A DNA stretch of 64,000 nt from Dehalococcoidia bacterium (GTDB taxonomy: Bacteria; Chloroflexota; Dehalococcoidia; DSTF01; RBG-16-68-14): positions 1-64,000 of the forward strand of contig JBBEBM010000029.1 in the NCBI GenBank assembly GCA_040882355.1, given 5' to 3'. Positions 43,119 to 53,693 of the stretch are shown here, one piece after another. A program made the position numbers and the translations under genes. The number at the start of each line of letters is the position of its first letter. Within the stretch, counting starts at the first letter, position 1. The notes under the pieces were generated by a model. That model saw only the letters and a list, made by a program, of their open reading frames with translations, was not told where the DNA came from and ran no database searches.

Positions 43119-43348
43119 GCGTCTCCAACCACCTCGCGGGGTAGCGAATCGATGTCTATGCCGCGTTCCTTGAGGACCTTGACCCGATGGTACCCGTCGA
43201 GGATGGTGCCATCGGGTCGTGCCTTCAGCGCACCTGGCAGTCCCGGCTTCAGCGAATCGATAAGGTTGTCCGTAGGCAGTCTCATGAATTGTTCCAGCTT
43301 CGCCTGACTTAGCGAACGGTCAGGGTGTAGCGGCTTCAGCGGCTCCAT
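43115..43348 (-). CDS. Small protein with a ParB/Srx-like motif
   Basis: GTILDGYHRVKVL resembles the ParB/Srx (I)DG(H)HR core; stop overlaps the phosphatase start. Confidence 0.6.
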   Translation of the reverse strand: MEPLKPLHPDRSLSQAKLEQFMRLPTDNLIDSLKPGLPGALKARPDGTILDGYHRVKVLKERGIDIDSLPREVVGDA

Positions 43349-43361
43349 CGCCGCCCGCGCG

Positions 43362-46300
43362 CTACCGCCCTCCCGCCCGGGCGAGGCTGTGCGCGTTCTC
43401 CTCGAAGGCGGCCATGGCGGCCTCGTCGTCGGACATGCCCGCCGCGGTCATCCGCTGTTGCGTCTCCAGGACGCGCTTGTAGTCGTTCGGCAGCACCTTG
43501 ACGAACTTGGGCGCCATCTCGTCCCAGAGCGCCAGCACGCGCCAGGCCTGCTGGCTGCCCGTGTACTGAGCGTGGCGCTGGACCATGCCGTGAACGATCT
43601 CGATCTCGTCCGCATCGTCCAGGCTGTAGAGCTGGACCATCTCCTTGTTGCAGTTCCGGTCGAACTCGCTGCGCTCGTCCAGCACGTAGGCGATGCCGCC
43701 CGACATGCCCGCCGCGAAGTTCCGGCCCGTGGGCCCGATGACGACGACGCGGCCGCCGGTCATGTACTCGCAGCCGTGGTCGCCGACGGCCTCGACGACG
43801 GCGTGGACGCCGCTGTTGCGAACGCAGAACCGCTCGCCGGCCATGCCGCGTATGTACGCTTCGCCGCTCGTCGCGCCGTAGAACGCCACGTTGCCGACGA
43901 TGATGTTCTCCTCCGGCACGAAGGTCGCTTCGGCGGGCGGGTAGACGATGATCTTGCCGCCTGAGAGGCCTTTGCCGATGTAGTCGTTGGAGTCACCCTC
44001 CAGCGTCAGCGTGATCCCCTGCGGGATGAAGGCGCCGAAGCTCTGCCCGGCGGAGCCCTGGAAGTTGAGCTTGATCGTGTCTTCGGGCAGGGCGGCGGCG
44101 CCGTAGCGGCGCGTCACCTCGCTGCCGACGATCGTGGCCACGACGCGGTTCACGTTGCGGATCGGCAGCGTCGCTTCGACAGCCTCACCGCGCTCCAGCG
44201 CCGGCTTGCACAAGTCGAGCAGCACTGTCTTGTCGAGCGACTTCTCCAGGCCGTGGTCCTGGCCGATCTGACAGTAGCGTCCGACATCTTCCGGCACGTC
44301 CGGCTGGTGGAGCATGTACGAGAGGTCGACGCCGGCGGCCTTCCAGTGGTCGACCGCCTTCCGCGTCTCGATCTTCTCCGTGCGGCCAATCATCTCGTTC
44401 AGCTTGCGGAAGCCGAGCTGCGCCATCAGGTCGCGGACTTCCTGGGCGATGAAGTGCATGAAGTTGACGACGTGCGCGGGGTCGCCCCCGAACTTCTCGC
44501 GCAGCTTCGGGTTCTGCGTGGCGATGCCGACGGGGCAGGTGTCCAGGTGGCAGACCCGCATCATGACGCAGCCCAGCACGACCAGCGGCGCCGTGGCGAA
44601 GCCGAACTCCTCGGCGCCCAGCAGCGCGGCGACGACCACGTCGCGGCCCGTCTTGAGCTGGCCGTCCGTCTCGACGGCGATGCGGCTGCGCAGGTTGTTC
44701 AGCACCAGCACCTGGTGTGTCTCGGCCACGCCCAGCTCCCAGGGGGCGCCGGCGTGCTTGATGCTGGTCTGTGGCGAAGCGCCGGTGCCGCCGTCGTGGC
44801 CGCTGATCAGCACCACGTCGGCGTGCGCTTTCGCGACGCCCGCGGCGATCGTTCCCACGCCGACCTCCGCGACGAGCTTGACGCTGATGCGCGCGTGCTC
44901 GTTAGCGTTCTTCAGGTCGTGGATTAGCTCGGCGAGGTCCTCGATAGAATAGATGTCGTGGTGCGGCGGCGGCGAGATCAGCCCGACGCCCGGCGTGGTG
45001 AAGCGCACTTTGGCGATCCACGGGTAGATCTTCAGGCCGGAGAGCTGGCCCCCTTCGCCCGGCTTGGCGCCCTGCGCCATCTTGATCTGCAGCTCCTTCG
45101 CGCGCACCAGGTACTCGCTGGTTACGCCGAAGCGCCCGGACGCCACCTGCTTGATCGCGCTGTTGCGCGAGTCGCCGTTCGGGTCCAGGACGTACCTCGC
45201 CGGGTCCTCGCCGCCCTCGCCCGTGTTGCTCTTGCCGCCGATGCGGTTCATCGCGATCGCGAGCGACTCGTGCGCCTCCTTGCTGATCGACCCGTAGGAC
45301 ATCGCGCCGGTCTTGAAACGCTTGACGATCTCCTCCACCGGCTCGACCTCGTCGATCGGAACCGGCTGCTGCGCCGGAATCAAGTCCATCAGGCCACGCA
45401 GCGTGCAGAGGTGCCGCGCCTGGTCGTTCACGAGCTGGCTGTACTCCTGGAAGACCTCGTAGCTGTTCGTCCGGCAGGCGAGCTGCAGCTTGTGCACCGT
45501 CTGCGGGTTGAACAGGTGGTATTCGCCGTCGGCGCGCCACTGGTACTGGCCCCCTGGGTCGAGCTGCCGGCCGTTCACCGAGCGCTCCGGGAAAGCGTGG
45601 TGATGGCGCAGCTTTACTTCCTCGGCGATCGTGTCGATGCCGACGCCTCCGACGCGCGTTGCGGTCCAGGTGAAGTACGCGTCGATGAACTGCTGATTGA
45701 GGCCGATCGCCTCGAAGATCTGGGCCCCCCTGTAGCTCTGGATCGTTGAGATGCCCATCTTGGAGATCGCCTTGATCACGCCCTTGATCACGGCCTTGAT
45801 GTAGTTCTTGACCGCCTGCTCGTGGTCGCCGGCCGAGAGCAGGCCTTCGCGGAGCATGTCGTCCAGCGACTCGAACGCGAGGTAGGGGTTGATCGCGCCG
45901 ACGCCGTAGCCGAGCAGCAGGGCGTAGTGGTGCACCTCGCGCGGCTCGCCGGACTCGATGACGAGGCCCACGCGCGTGCGGGTGCCCTCGCGGATCAGGT
46001 GGTGATGGACGCCGGCGACGGCGAGTAACGCCGGGATCGCCGCGTGGTCGTGGTCGATGCCGCGGTCGGAGAGGATGATGACGTTGTTGCCGCCCTTGAT
46101 CGCCTCCGTTGCCTGCCGGCAGAGCGCGGCCACCGCTTGCTCCAGGCCCGGCCCGCCCTCGGCCACCCGGTACAGCGTGGGTAGGGTAATCGACTTGAAG
46201 CCGCGCGATCGCCCGCTGCCATCGAGCTGGCGCAGGCTGGCAAGCTCCTCGTTCTTGAGGATTGGCGACTTCAGGTGGATCTGGTGGGCGGACTCCGGCG

Positions 46301-47975
46301 TTGCGCGTAGCAGGTTCTGCTCCGGGCCGATCGTCGTGTCGACGGACATGATGATCTCTTCGCGGATCGCGTCGACGGGCGGGTTGGTCACCTGCGCGAA
46401 GAGCTGCTTGAAGTAGTTGGAGAGAAGCTGCGGCCGGTCCGAGAGCACCGCAAGCGGCGTGTCGGTGCCCATGGAGCCGACCGGCTCGTTGCCGTCCGCT
46501 GCCATCGGCGACATGAGGATCTTCAGGTCCTCAGTCGTGTAACCGAACGCCTGCTGCCGCAGCCGCACTGTCGTGTGGTCGGGCTCGTGCTCCAGCGGCC
46601 CCGCTGGCAACTCATCGAGCGAGACCAGGTTCTCGCGCAGCCACGCGCCGTAGTCGTGCTCGGTCGCGATCTGATGCTTGAGCTCGCCGTCGGCGATGAT
46701 CCGCCCCTGCTCCAGGTCGACGAGGAACATGCGGCCCGGCTGGAGGCGGCCCTTGAAGAGCACGCGCTCGGGCGGGATGTCCAGCACGCCCACCTCGGAC
46801 GCCATCACCACCAGGTCGTCCTTCGTCACGTAGTAGCGCGACGGGCGCAGGCCGTTCCGGTCGAGCACCGCGCCGATGCGCAGCCCGTCCGTGAATGCGA
46901 TCGATGCGGGGCCGTCCCACGGCTCCATCAGGCACGCGTGGTACTCGTAGAAGGCCCGCTTCTCGTCGCTCATGTTCTCGTCGCCGCTCCACGGCTCCGG
47001 GATCATCATCATCACCGCTTGCGGTAGCGGCCGGCCGGCGAGCGTGAGCAGCTCCAGCGCGTCGTCGAACATCGCCGAGTCGCTGCCCTCGTCGTCGATC
47101 ACCGGCAGGATCTTCTTGATGTCTTCGCCGAATAGGTCGGATTCGAACAGGGCCTGGCGGGCGTGCATCCAGTTGATGTTGCCGCGCAGCGTGTTGATCT
47201 CGCCGTTGTGGCAGATGTAGCGGTACGGGTGCGCGCGCGCCCAGTTCGGGAACGTGTTCGTGCTGAAGCGCGAGTGGACCATCGCCAGCGCGGACTCCAC
47301 CGCCGGGTTAACGATGTCCGGGTAGAACGTCGTCACCTGGTCCGACTTCAGCATCCCCTTGTAGACGATCGTCTTGTAGGAGAGGCTCGGGATGTAGAAC
47401 ATGTCGCGCTGCTCGATCGAGGACGCGCGGACCGCGTTTTCGACTCGCTTGCGAACGACGTAGAGCTTGCGCTCCCAGGCGGCGTCGTCCAAAACGCCGG
47501 CGCTGCGGGCGATGACGATCTGGCGCACAACAGGCTCGCCCGCCTTCGCCGTCGGCCCGATCGGCGAGTCGTCGGTGGGCACGTCGCGCCAGCCGAGCGG
47601 CTCCTGGCCCTCCTCCCGCGCGATCTGCTCGAAGAGCGCCTCGCACTCAGCGCGCGCGGAGCGGTCGGTGGGCAGGAAGACCATGCCCACGCCGTACTGG
47701 CCGTACGGCGGCAGCTTGATGTCGAGCTTGTCGCACTCCTGTTCGAAGAAGCGATGCGGCATCTGCATCAGGATGCCGGCGCCGTCGCCGGTGTTCTCCT
47801 CGCAACCGCAGGCGCCACGGTGCTGCAGGTTGAGCAGCACCTGCATCGCCTGTTCGACGATATCGTGCGATGGGCGGCCCCTGATGTCCGCGACGAAGCC
47901 TACGCCGCACGAGTCGTGTTCGTGCCGCGGGTCGTAGAGGCCTTGGCGTCCGGGGATGCGTCGTTGCTCCATCAC
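43362..47975 (-). CDS. gltB: Glutamate synthase large subunit
   Basis: [47 protein letters not shown]. Confidence 0.97.
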   Translation of the reverse strand: MMEQRRIPGRQGLYDPRHEHDSCGVGFVADIRGRPSHDIVEQAMQVLLNLQHRGACGCEENTGDGAGILMQMPHRFFEQECDKLDIKLPPYGQYGVGMVFLPTDRSARAECEALFEQIAREEGQEPLGWRDVPTDDSPIGPTAKAGEPVVRQIVIARSAGVLDDAAWERKLYVVRKRVENAVRASSIEQRDMFYIPSLSYKTIVYKGMLKSDQVTTFYPDIVNPAVESALAMVHSRFSTNTFPNWARAHPYRYICHNGEINTLRGNINWMHARQALFESDLFGEDIKKILPVIDDEGSDSAMFDDALELLTLAGRPLPQAVMMMIPEPWSGDENMSDEKRAFYEYHACLMEPWDGPASIAFTDGLRIGAVLDRNGLRPSRYYVTKDDLVVMASEVGVLDIPPERVLFKGRLQPGRMFLVDLEQGRIIADGELKHQIATEHDYGAWLRENLVSLDELPAGPLEHEPDHTTVRLRQQAFGYTTEDLKILMSPMAADGNEPVGSMGTDTPLAVLSDRPQLLSNYFKQLFAQVTNPPVDAIREEIIMSVDTTIGPEQNLLRATPESAHQIHLKSPILKNEELASLRQLDGSGRSRGFKSITLPTLYRVAEGGPGLEQAVAALCRQATEAIKGGNNVIILSDRGIDHDHAAIPALLAVAGVHHHLIREGTRTRVGLVIESGEPREVHHYALLLGYGVGAINPYLAFESLDDMLREGLLSAGDHEQAVKNYIKAVIKGVIKAISKMGISTIQSYRGAQIFEAIGLNQQFIDAYFTWTATRVGGVGIDTIAEEVKLRHHHAFPERSVNGRQLDPGGQYQWRADGEYHLFNPQTVHKLQLACRTNSYEVFQEYSQLVNDQARHLCTLRGLMDLIPAQQPVPIDEVEPVEEIVKRFKTGAMSYGSISKEAHESLAIAMNRIGGKSNTGEGGEDPARYVLDPNGDSRNSAIKQVASGRFGVTSEYLVRAKELQIKMAQGAKPGEGGQLSGLKIYPWIAKVRFTTPGVGLISPPPHHDIYSIEDLAELIHDLKNANEHARISVKLVAEVGVGTIAAGVAKAHADVVLISGHDGGTGASPQTSIKHAGAPWELGVAETHQVLVLNNLRSRIAVETDGQLKTGRDVVVAALLGAEEFGFATAPLVVLGCVMMRVCHLDTCPVGIATQNPKLREKFGGDPAHVVNFMHFIAQEVRDLMAQLGFRKLNEMIGRTEKIETRKAVDHWKAAGVDLSYMLHQPDVPEDVGRYCQIGQDHGLEKSLDKTVLLDLCKPALERGEAVEATLPIRNVNRVVATIVGSEVTRRYGAAALPEDTIKLNFQGSAGQSFGAFIPQGITLTLEGDSNDYIGKGLSGGKIIVYPPAEATFVPEENIIVGNVAFYGATSGEAYIRGMAGERFCVRNSGVHAVVEAVGDHGCEYMTGGRVVVIGPTGRNFAAGMSGGIAYVLDERSEFDRNCNKEMVQLYSLDDADEIEIVHGMVQRHAQYTGSQQAWRVLALWDEMAPKFVKVLPNDYKRVLETQQRMTAAGMSDDEAAMAAFEENAHSLARAGGR

Positions 47976-48134
47976 GATGGCTCCGTTTGGAATAGATTGT
48001 ACCAGACTTCACAAACTTTTGTCTGGCCCCAGATGCAAGACGGCGGCGGGAGCAGAAGCCCCCGCGCCGTCGGGTGGTTAGACGGGGAAGGTGAGACGAA
48101 TAATACGACAAGTAGCCGCCAGCATGCAACCCTC

Positions 48135-48443
48135 CTACCAGATGCCGAGCTGCATCTTGACGTCTTCGCTCGCCATCGTGCGCGGGTCCCAGGGCGGGTC
48201 GAACGTCAGCTTGGGGTAGACCTCTTTCACGCCCGGCAGGTCCAGCAGCACGTCCGTGATCTGGCCATCGATCACCGGGCCCAGCGGGCAGCCGGGGCTA
48301 GTGAGCGTGTAGGTCACGTTGATCGTGCCGTCATCGATGCCGACCTCGTAGACCAGGCCCAGCTCCATGATGCTGATGCGCAGCTCAGGGTCAATGACAT
48401 CCTGGAGCGCCTCGCGCACCAGCTCCTCATTGACGACTTGCAT
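48135..48443 (-). CDS. sufT: Metal-sulfur cluster assembly factor (DUF59/SufT-like)
   Basis: V.DPEL.ISI.ELGLVY, TLTSPGCP, PPW. Confidence 0.85.
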   Translation of the reverse strand: MQVVNEELVREALQDVIDPELRISIMELGLVYEVGIDDGTINVTYTLTSPGCPLGPVIDGQITDVLLDLPGVKEVYPKLTFDPPWDPRTMASEDVKMQLGIW

Positions 48444-48651
48444 CGTCCTGCCTGTTCGTGTCGCTCAGCACGCCCATGCGCCGGTACACCGCATGGAAGT
48501 TGACGTCCCAGCCGATGCCGAAGACCTTGGGCGGGAAGATGCGGTCGTCCTCCGGGTTCCACAGGTTGCGCGCCATCTTGGCCGGGTCCCAGTCCCAGCT
48601 CATCGGCATGCCCAGGAACGTCCGCTGCTCTTGCTGTTGTGTCTCTGCCAT
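48427..48651 (-). CDS. DUF5808-like small protein
   Basis: WNPEDDRIFPPKVFGIGWDVNF. Confidence 0.7.
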   Translation of the reverse strand: MAETQQQEQRTFLGMPMSWDWDPAKMARNLWNPEDDRIFPPKVFGIGWDVNFHAVYRRMGVLSDTNRQDDASRQ

Positions 48652-48662
48652 GTCTCTCCTCC

Positions 48663-49142
48663 TTATTCTTCGTGGTGCGCGACGCCGGCGCCGTTAGCGT
48701 CGCGCTGCTTCAGGCCGTCCTCCAGCGTGTGCCAGGGGAGGGTGGCGCACTTCACACGCACCGGAAACTTGGCGACGCCCTGGAGCGCCTCCAGGTCGCC
48801 GAGCTCCGCTGCGGGTTCTACCTCAGGGTCCTTCACCATCGCGGTGAACAGGTCGATGAGCCGGCGGACCTCGCCGAGCGGCTTGCCGATAACGGCGTCG
48901 GTGAGCATCGAGCCGGAGGCCTGGCTGATCGAGCAGCCGCGGCCGCTGACGCTCAGGTCGCCCAGCGTGCCGTCCTCGAACGCGATCTGCAGCTCGACCT
49001 CGTCGCCGCAGAGCGGGTTGTAGCCCTCCGCGACCACGTCGGCCCGCGCCAGCGGCTCTCGGTGGCGCGGGTGCCGGTAGTGATCGAGGATGATCTCCCG
49101 GTACAGCTCGTCGAACTCAGGTTCCGCTATGGACTGGGGCAT
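48663..49142 (-). CDS. sufU: SUF-system scaffold/sulfur-transfer protein SufU
   Basis: LYREIILDHY, NPLCGD, GCSISQAS, RVKCATL. Confidence 0.92.
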   Translation of the reverse strand: MPQSIAEPEFDELYREIILDHYRHPRHREPLARADVVAEGYNPLCGDEVELQIAFEDGTLGDLSVSGRGCSISQASGSMLTDAVIGKPLGEVRRLIDLFTAMVKDPEVEPAAELGDLEALQGVAKFPVRVKCATLPWHTLEDGLKQRDANGAGVAHHEE

Positions 49143-50367
49143 TGAACAGCCTCGCTGCCGCTTCGACGCCCTCAACCAGGGTGTCGAGCTCTTCACTTGT
49201 ATTGTACACGTAGAAGCTGGCGCGGGCGGTCGCCACCACGTCCAGCCGCTTCATCAGCGGCTGCGCGCAGTGGTGCCCTGCGCGGATCGCGACGCCGTGC
49301 CGGTCGAGCACCGTGCCCACGTCGTGCGCGTGGATGTCGCCCAGGTTGAAGGCGACGACGCCTCCGCGCGCCTCGACGCTCTCCGGCCCGTAGATCGTCA
49401 CGTCCGGTATCTGCGACAGCTTCCTCAGCGCATCGCGCGTGATCGCGATCTCGTGCGCGCGCACCGCCTCCATCCCCAGCCCGTTCAGATAGTCGATCGT
49501 TGCGCTGAAGGCGCAGACGTCGCCGATGTTCGGCGTGCCCGCCTCGAACTTCCAGGGCACGTCGTTCCACGTCGAGTCCTCCAGCAGCACGCGGCGGATC
49601 ATCTCACCGCCGCCCAGGAAGGGGTCCATCTCCTCCAGCAGCTCCCGCCGCGCGTAGAGCACACCGACGCCCGTTGGCCCGAGCATCTTGTGGGCGGAGA
49701 ACGCGAGGAAGTCGCAGTCGAGGTCCTCTACGTTCACCGGCAGGTGAGGCACGCTCTGCGCGCCGTCCAGGAGCACGAGCGCCCCGTGCGCGTGCGCCAG
49801 GTCGGCGATGCGGCCCACCGGGTTGATCGTGCCCAGCACGTTCGACATGTGCGCGATCGCGACGAGCTTCGTCTTCTCGTTGATCAGCCGCTCCACGTCG
49901 TCCCAGACGAGCTGTCCTTCGTCGTCGATGTCGATGAAGCGCAGCTTGGCGCCCGTCTCCTTCGCCAGCATCTGCCACGGTACGAGATTGCTGTGGTGCT
50001 CCATCACCGAGAGGACGATCTCGTCGCCCTCTCGCAGGAACTTGCGTCCCCACGCGTGCGAGACGAGGTTGATCGACTCAGTCGTGTTGCGCGTGAAGAC
50101 GATGCACTCCGGCCCGGGCGCGCCGATGAAGTCGGCTGTCTTTTGCCGCGTCTCCTCGTAACGCGCGGTCGCTTCCTCCGCCAGGGCGTGGATGCCGCGG
50201 TGGATGTTCGCGTTGTAGTGCTCGTAGTAGTGCACCAGCGCGTCGATCACCGCCTTCGGCTTCTGCGTCGTCGCGGTGTTGTCGAAGTAGACCAGCGGGC
50301 GCCCGTGCACCTCCCGCTTCAGGATCGGGAAGTCTTCTCGGATGCGCTGGATGTCGAGTGTGGTCAT
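49117..50367 (-). CDS. sufS: Cysteine desulfurase SufS
   Basis: EHHSNLVPW, DGAQ, SAHKMLGPTG, RAGHHCAQP. Confidence 0.95.
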   Translation of the reverse strand: MTTLDIQRIREDFPILKREVHGRPLVYFDNTATTQKPKAVIDALVHYYEHYNANIHRGIHALAEEATARYEETRQKTADFIGAPGPECIVFTRNTTESINLVSHAWGRKFLREGDEIVLSVMEHHSNLVPWQMLAKETGAKLRFIDIDDEGQLVWDDVERLINEKTKLVAIAHMSNVLGTINPVGRIADLAHAHGALVLLDGAQSVPHLPVNVEDLDCDFLAFSAHKMLGPTGVGVLYARRELLEEMDPFLGGGEMIRRVLLEDSTWNDVPWKFEAGTPNIGDVCAFSATIDYLNGLGMEAVRAHEIAITRDALRKLSQIPDVTIYGPESVEARGGVVAFNLGDIHAHDVGTVLDRHGVAIRAGHHCAQPLMKRLDVVATARASFYVYNTSEELDTLVEGVEAAARLFNAPVHSGT

Positions 50368-50410
50368 GTCTCGTTCCTTAGGATCGACCTTCGGTCGAAA
50401 GGGTCATCGT

Positions 50411-50522
50411 TGTCACCCTGAGCGCAGCGAAGGGTCTTTCAGTTCCCCTGTGTCTCCCATTCTGCTCCGCCAGATTCTTCGCGGAGTCTAGCCTGAGCGC
50501 AGCGAACGGGCTCAGAATGACA
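50411..50522. repeat. Inverted REP pair (BIME-like) with a nested module in the right arm
   Basis: TGTCACCCTGAGCGCAGCGAAGGGTCT ... AGATTCTTCGC[..CCTGAGCGCAGCGAACG]GGCTCAGAATGACA. Confidence 0.65.
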
Positions 50523-50529
50523 GCCAAGG

Positions 50530-51027
50530 TCACATCATCACGTTCTGGAGCGCCGTCTCGAGCTGCGCCAGGTGGTCGCGGTCGTGGCCGGCGAAGCCCT
50601 TCAGGTACGCTCCCAGCGTCATCGGCGCGCCCTCTTGCGTGCGTTCCTCGTCGGCCGCCGTGAGCTGCGCGAGCAGCTCCTGCGTCTCGTCGTTATGCAC
50701 GCGCACCTCGGCGATCAGCTCTTGAGCCGGGCGCTCCTTGCGCGCGGCCAGGCGTTCCGCGTTGCCCATGGCGACCCAGTCGAGGTTCGCGACCGTCGCC
50801 AAATCGAGCACCTCGTTCGCCATGATCGTGCGCAGGATGACGTGGCAGACCCAGTCGCCGGTCGCGAGATGGGCGAGCAGGTCCTTGTACGACCACTCGG
50901 GCAGCGGGCTGGGCAGCGCCCAGACCTCCTCCGGTATCTGGTTCGCCTTGCGCGCGATTAGCGAGCGCGTCTCCCGTAGCTCGGCCGCGACGGGCTCGAC
51001 CCAAGGGGCGAATGTTCGCGTGGTCAT
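50530..51027 (-). CDS. DinB/maleylpyruvate-isomerase-N-like protein (copy 3)
   Basis: WSYKDLLAHL and H...H (HDRDH) metal triad. Confidence 0.75.
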   Translation of the reverse strand: MTTRTFAPWVEPVAAELRETRSLIARKANQIPEEVWALPSPLPEWSYKDLLAHLATGDWVCHVILRTIMANEVLDLATVANLDWVAMGNAERLAARKERPAQELIAEVRVHNDETQELLAQLTAADEERTQEGAPMTLGAYLKGFAGHDRDHLAQLETALQNVMM

Positions 51028-51521
51028 GCGTTCACCTCCAATGCCGCGCGGAGCTGCGCCAGATGCTCCAGATCGTGGCCTTCCTTCGCGACGAACTCCA
51101 GAAACCCCTTGAGGACGAACGGCGGGTCTTCCTGGCGCAGATGCTCGTCCTTGTCGCTGAGCCGCGAGAGCAGCTCCTGGATCTCGTCGCCCGACTCGCG
51201 AAGCTCCACCATCAGCTCGTCCAGCGTTCGCTCCTGCCGCTCCTCGACACCGCGCGCGTTCGCGTCGTCCGTGTCCACGGCGAACATCGCCATGTCGACT
51301 CTGTCGCCGGCGACCACCGAGCGCAGCAGCTTCTGCAGTATCTGGTCGTTGCCCCGGCCGATGTGCGCCAGGATGTCCTTGTTCGTCCAGCCTTCCACCT
51401 CGCTCGGCTGGGCCCAGACCTCCTCCGGCGTCGACCGGGCGAACGCGATCACCTGCGCCCGGCCATCGGCGAGAGCGGCGGTGGTTGGCTCGACCCACAG
51501 TGCGAACGTCCTCGAAGTCAT
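51024..51521 (-). CDS. DinB/maleylpyruvate-isomerase-N-like protein (copy 2)
   Basis: WTNKDILAHI and HDLEH. Confidence 0.75.
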   Translation of the reverse strand: MTSRTFALWVEPTTAALADGRAQVIAFARSTPEEVWAQPSEVEGWTNKDILAHIGRGNDQILQKLLRSVVAGDRVDMAMFAVDTDDANARGVEERQERTLDELMVELRESGDEIQELLSRLSDKDEHLRQEDPPFVLKGFLEFVAKEGHDLEHLAQLRAALEVNA

Positions 51522-52012
51522 GCCCTCGCCTTCAGCGCGGCGCGAAGGTGAGCCGTGTGCTCGCGTTCGTGCCCGCCGGCAATACTGCGCAGACCGTTGG
51601 CGACGGTAGTGGGAAGGCCCTCAGGTTGCCAGTTCTCATCCGCCGCCGTGAAGCGCGCGAGCAGCTCCTGCGCCTCCTCCCCGTCCGCCTCGATCTCCGC
51701 GATCAACTCGTCGATCGTCCGGCCCCGGCGCTCCTCGATGTTGCGCGCGTTCCGCTCGTCGACGCCCGTTGTGAACGTGGCGAGGTCGACCGGCTCGCGG
51801 TCGAGCACGTCGCGCACCACGCGGAGGAAGTTCTTGTCCGTGTCGCCCGCAACGTGGGCGAGCAGGTCCTTGTACGTCCAGCCCTCGTTGGGGCTGGGCC
51901 GCGCCCAGGCCTCTTCGGGCATCGCCCTCGCGGCAGCGACCAGCTCCGCCCTCGTGTCGCAGAACTGCGCCGCGATCGGCTCCATCCAGCTCGCAAACGT
52001 CCGACTTGTCAT
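51518..52012 (-). CDS. DinB/maleylpyruvate-isomerase-N-like protein (copy 1)
   Basis: WTYKDLLAHV and HEREH. Confidence 0.75.
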   Translation of the reverse strand: MTSRTFASWMEPIAAQFCDTRAELVAAARAMPEEAWARPSPNEGWTYKDLLAHVAGDTDKNFLRVVRDVLDREPVDLATFTTGVDERNARNIEERRGRTIDELIAEIEADGEEAQELLARFTAADENWQPEGLPTTVANGLRSIAGGHEREHTAHLRAALKARA

Positions 52013-52043
52013 CTCCTTGATCCTTGAACCATCACCCTTGACC

Positions 52044-52358
52044 CTAGCCGTCCACCTGCACCTTGATCGCGTCGCCCTCTACCTGCACGGGGTAGCTCTT
52101 GACCGGCACCACGGCGGGCAGCGTGAGCGCGCGGCCTGTCTTCACGTCGAAGCGGGCGCCGTGGCGCGGGCACTCGATCTGGTCGCCGTCGAGCTCGCCC
52201 TGATCGAGCTCGCCGCCGTCGTGCGTGCAGACGTCGTCGATCGCGTAGAACGTCCCATCGACGTTGCAGACGGCGATCTTGCGCCCATCCATGGCGCAGG
52301 AGCGCACCTTTCCGGGCGGGATGTCGGAGGTTGAGGCGACGGTGACGTAGTCAGCCAT
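52044..52358 (-). CDS. Rieske-type ferredoxin
   Basis: CTH...CPRHGARF. Confidence 0.92.
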   Translation of the reverse strand: MADYVTVASTSDIPPGKVRSCAMDGRKIAVCNVDGTFYAIDDVCTHDGGELDQGELDGDQIECPRHGARFDVKTGRALTLPAVVPVKSYPVQVEGDAIKVQVDG

Positions 52359-52361
52359 GCG

Positions 52362-53693
52362 TCACCAGCCCAGCTTCGCTTCGAGCACGCGGCGGACGCG
52401 CTGCTGGAGCCGCTCCGAAGGGACGCGGTCCAGCACCTCTGAGAAGAAACCATCGACGAGCATACGCTCGGCCTCTTCGGCCGCGATCCCGCGAGACTGG
52501 AGGTAGAAGATCTGCTCCTCGTCCACCGGCCCCACGCTCGCGCCGTGGCTGCAGCGCAGCACGTCGTAGGCGGAGATCTCCAGGATCGGCGTCGGCGAGG
52601 CGCTCGCCTGGTCGCTAAGCAGCAGATTGCGGCTCGTTTGGTTTGCTGCCGCCTGGCTCGCCGTCTTCCGCACGTCCACGACGCCGTTCCAGACCATGTG
52701 CGCCCGGTCGGTCAGCGTCGACTTGAAGAGCAGGTCGCTCGTGGTGTGCGGCGCGATGTGGTCCTGGCGCGTGTCGTAGTCGAAGCGCTGGTCGGCGTCG
52801 CCGAAGAACAGCCCGAGCAGCTCGGCGCTCGATCCTTCCTCCTCCAGCAGCACGTCCAACCGCGTCTTCGTCAGCGAGCCGCCCAGGCCCAGCAGGATCG
52901 ATTGGAACGAGGCGCTGCGGCCGAGCTTGACGCGCATGGTGACGAAGTCTTGGACGCTCGGCCCCCAGCGCTGCACGTCGATGAAGCGCACCGCGCTGCC
53001 CTCGCCGGCGATCACCTCGACCGCGCCGGCGACGACGTTCAGTCCGGTGAGAGCCGGCGACGTACTCTCCTGCACGACCGTCACCTTGCTGTTGCGCTCC
53101 GCAACGATCAGGACGTGCGGGAAGACGCCGACGTGCGGCGCTGTCAGGCCGGCGGCGTACTCGATCGGCAGCTCGACCTCCACGTCGGCCGGGACGTAGA
53201 CCAGGCAGCCGCCGCTCCAGAGGGCGGCGTGCAGGCTCTGGTACTTCCACTCGGCCGCCGGCACCGCCGTGGACAGGTGCTCCTTGACGATCTCCCGGTG
53301 CTCGCGCGCGGCGCTGTGCAGGTCGCTGACGATGACGCCCTTGCGTGCCAGCTCCGCGTCGAGCGACTGGAACACGACGTCCGAGTCGTGCTGCACAACT
53401 CGCGCCGCCAGCGCCTCGCGGTCGTCCCAGACGGAACGCAGCTCGCGCGGCAGCCCCGCGGCGTCTTCGATCGCCTCCCGTAATGGGGCGAAGGGCAGCA
53501 GGCCGTCCAGCGTCAGCCGGTCGCTGTCGATGTGGCGCCACTCCTCGGAGAGCATGTCGGGCATCGGCGCCTCTTCGAACAGGCGCCACGCCTCCAGCCG
53601 CCGCCGGAGCAGCCAGTCGGGCTCGTCGTAGCGAGCCGACAGATCCTCAACCGCCCGGCGGGAGATGGCGAGAGTATCGATCGTTTGCGTCAT
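52362..53693 (-). CDS. sufD: Fe-S cluster assembly protein SufD
   Basis: EEWR, SufBD beta-helix, CSHGASVG, FYLQSRGI. Start set at ATG 53693. Confidence 0.9.
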   Translation of the reverse strand: MTQTIDTLAISRRAVEDLSARYDEPDWLLRRRLEAWRLFEEAPMPDMLSEEWRHIDSDRLTLDGLLPFAPLREAIEDAAGLPRELRSVWDDREALAARVVQHDSDVVFQSLDAELARKGVIVSDLHSAAREHREIVKEHLSTAVPAAEWKYQSLHAALWSGGCLVYVPADVEVELPIEYAAGLTAPHVGVFPHVLIVAERNSKVTVVQESTSPALTGLNVVAGAVEVIAGEGSAVRFIDVQRWGPSVQDFVTMRVKLGRSASFQSILLGLGGSLTKTRLDVLLEEEGSSAELLGLFFGDADQRFDYDTRQDHIAPHTTSDLLFKSTLTDRAHMVWNGVVDVRKTASQAAANQTSRNLLLSDQASASPTPILEISAYDVLRCSHGASVGPVDEEQIFYLQSRGIAAEEAERMLVDGFFSEVLDRVPSERLQQRVRRVLEAKLGW

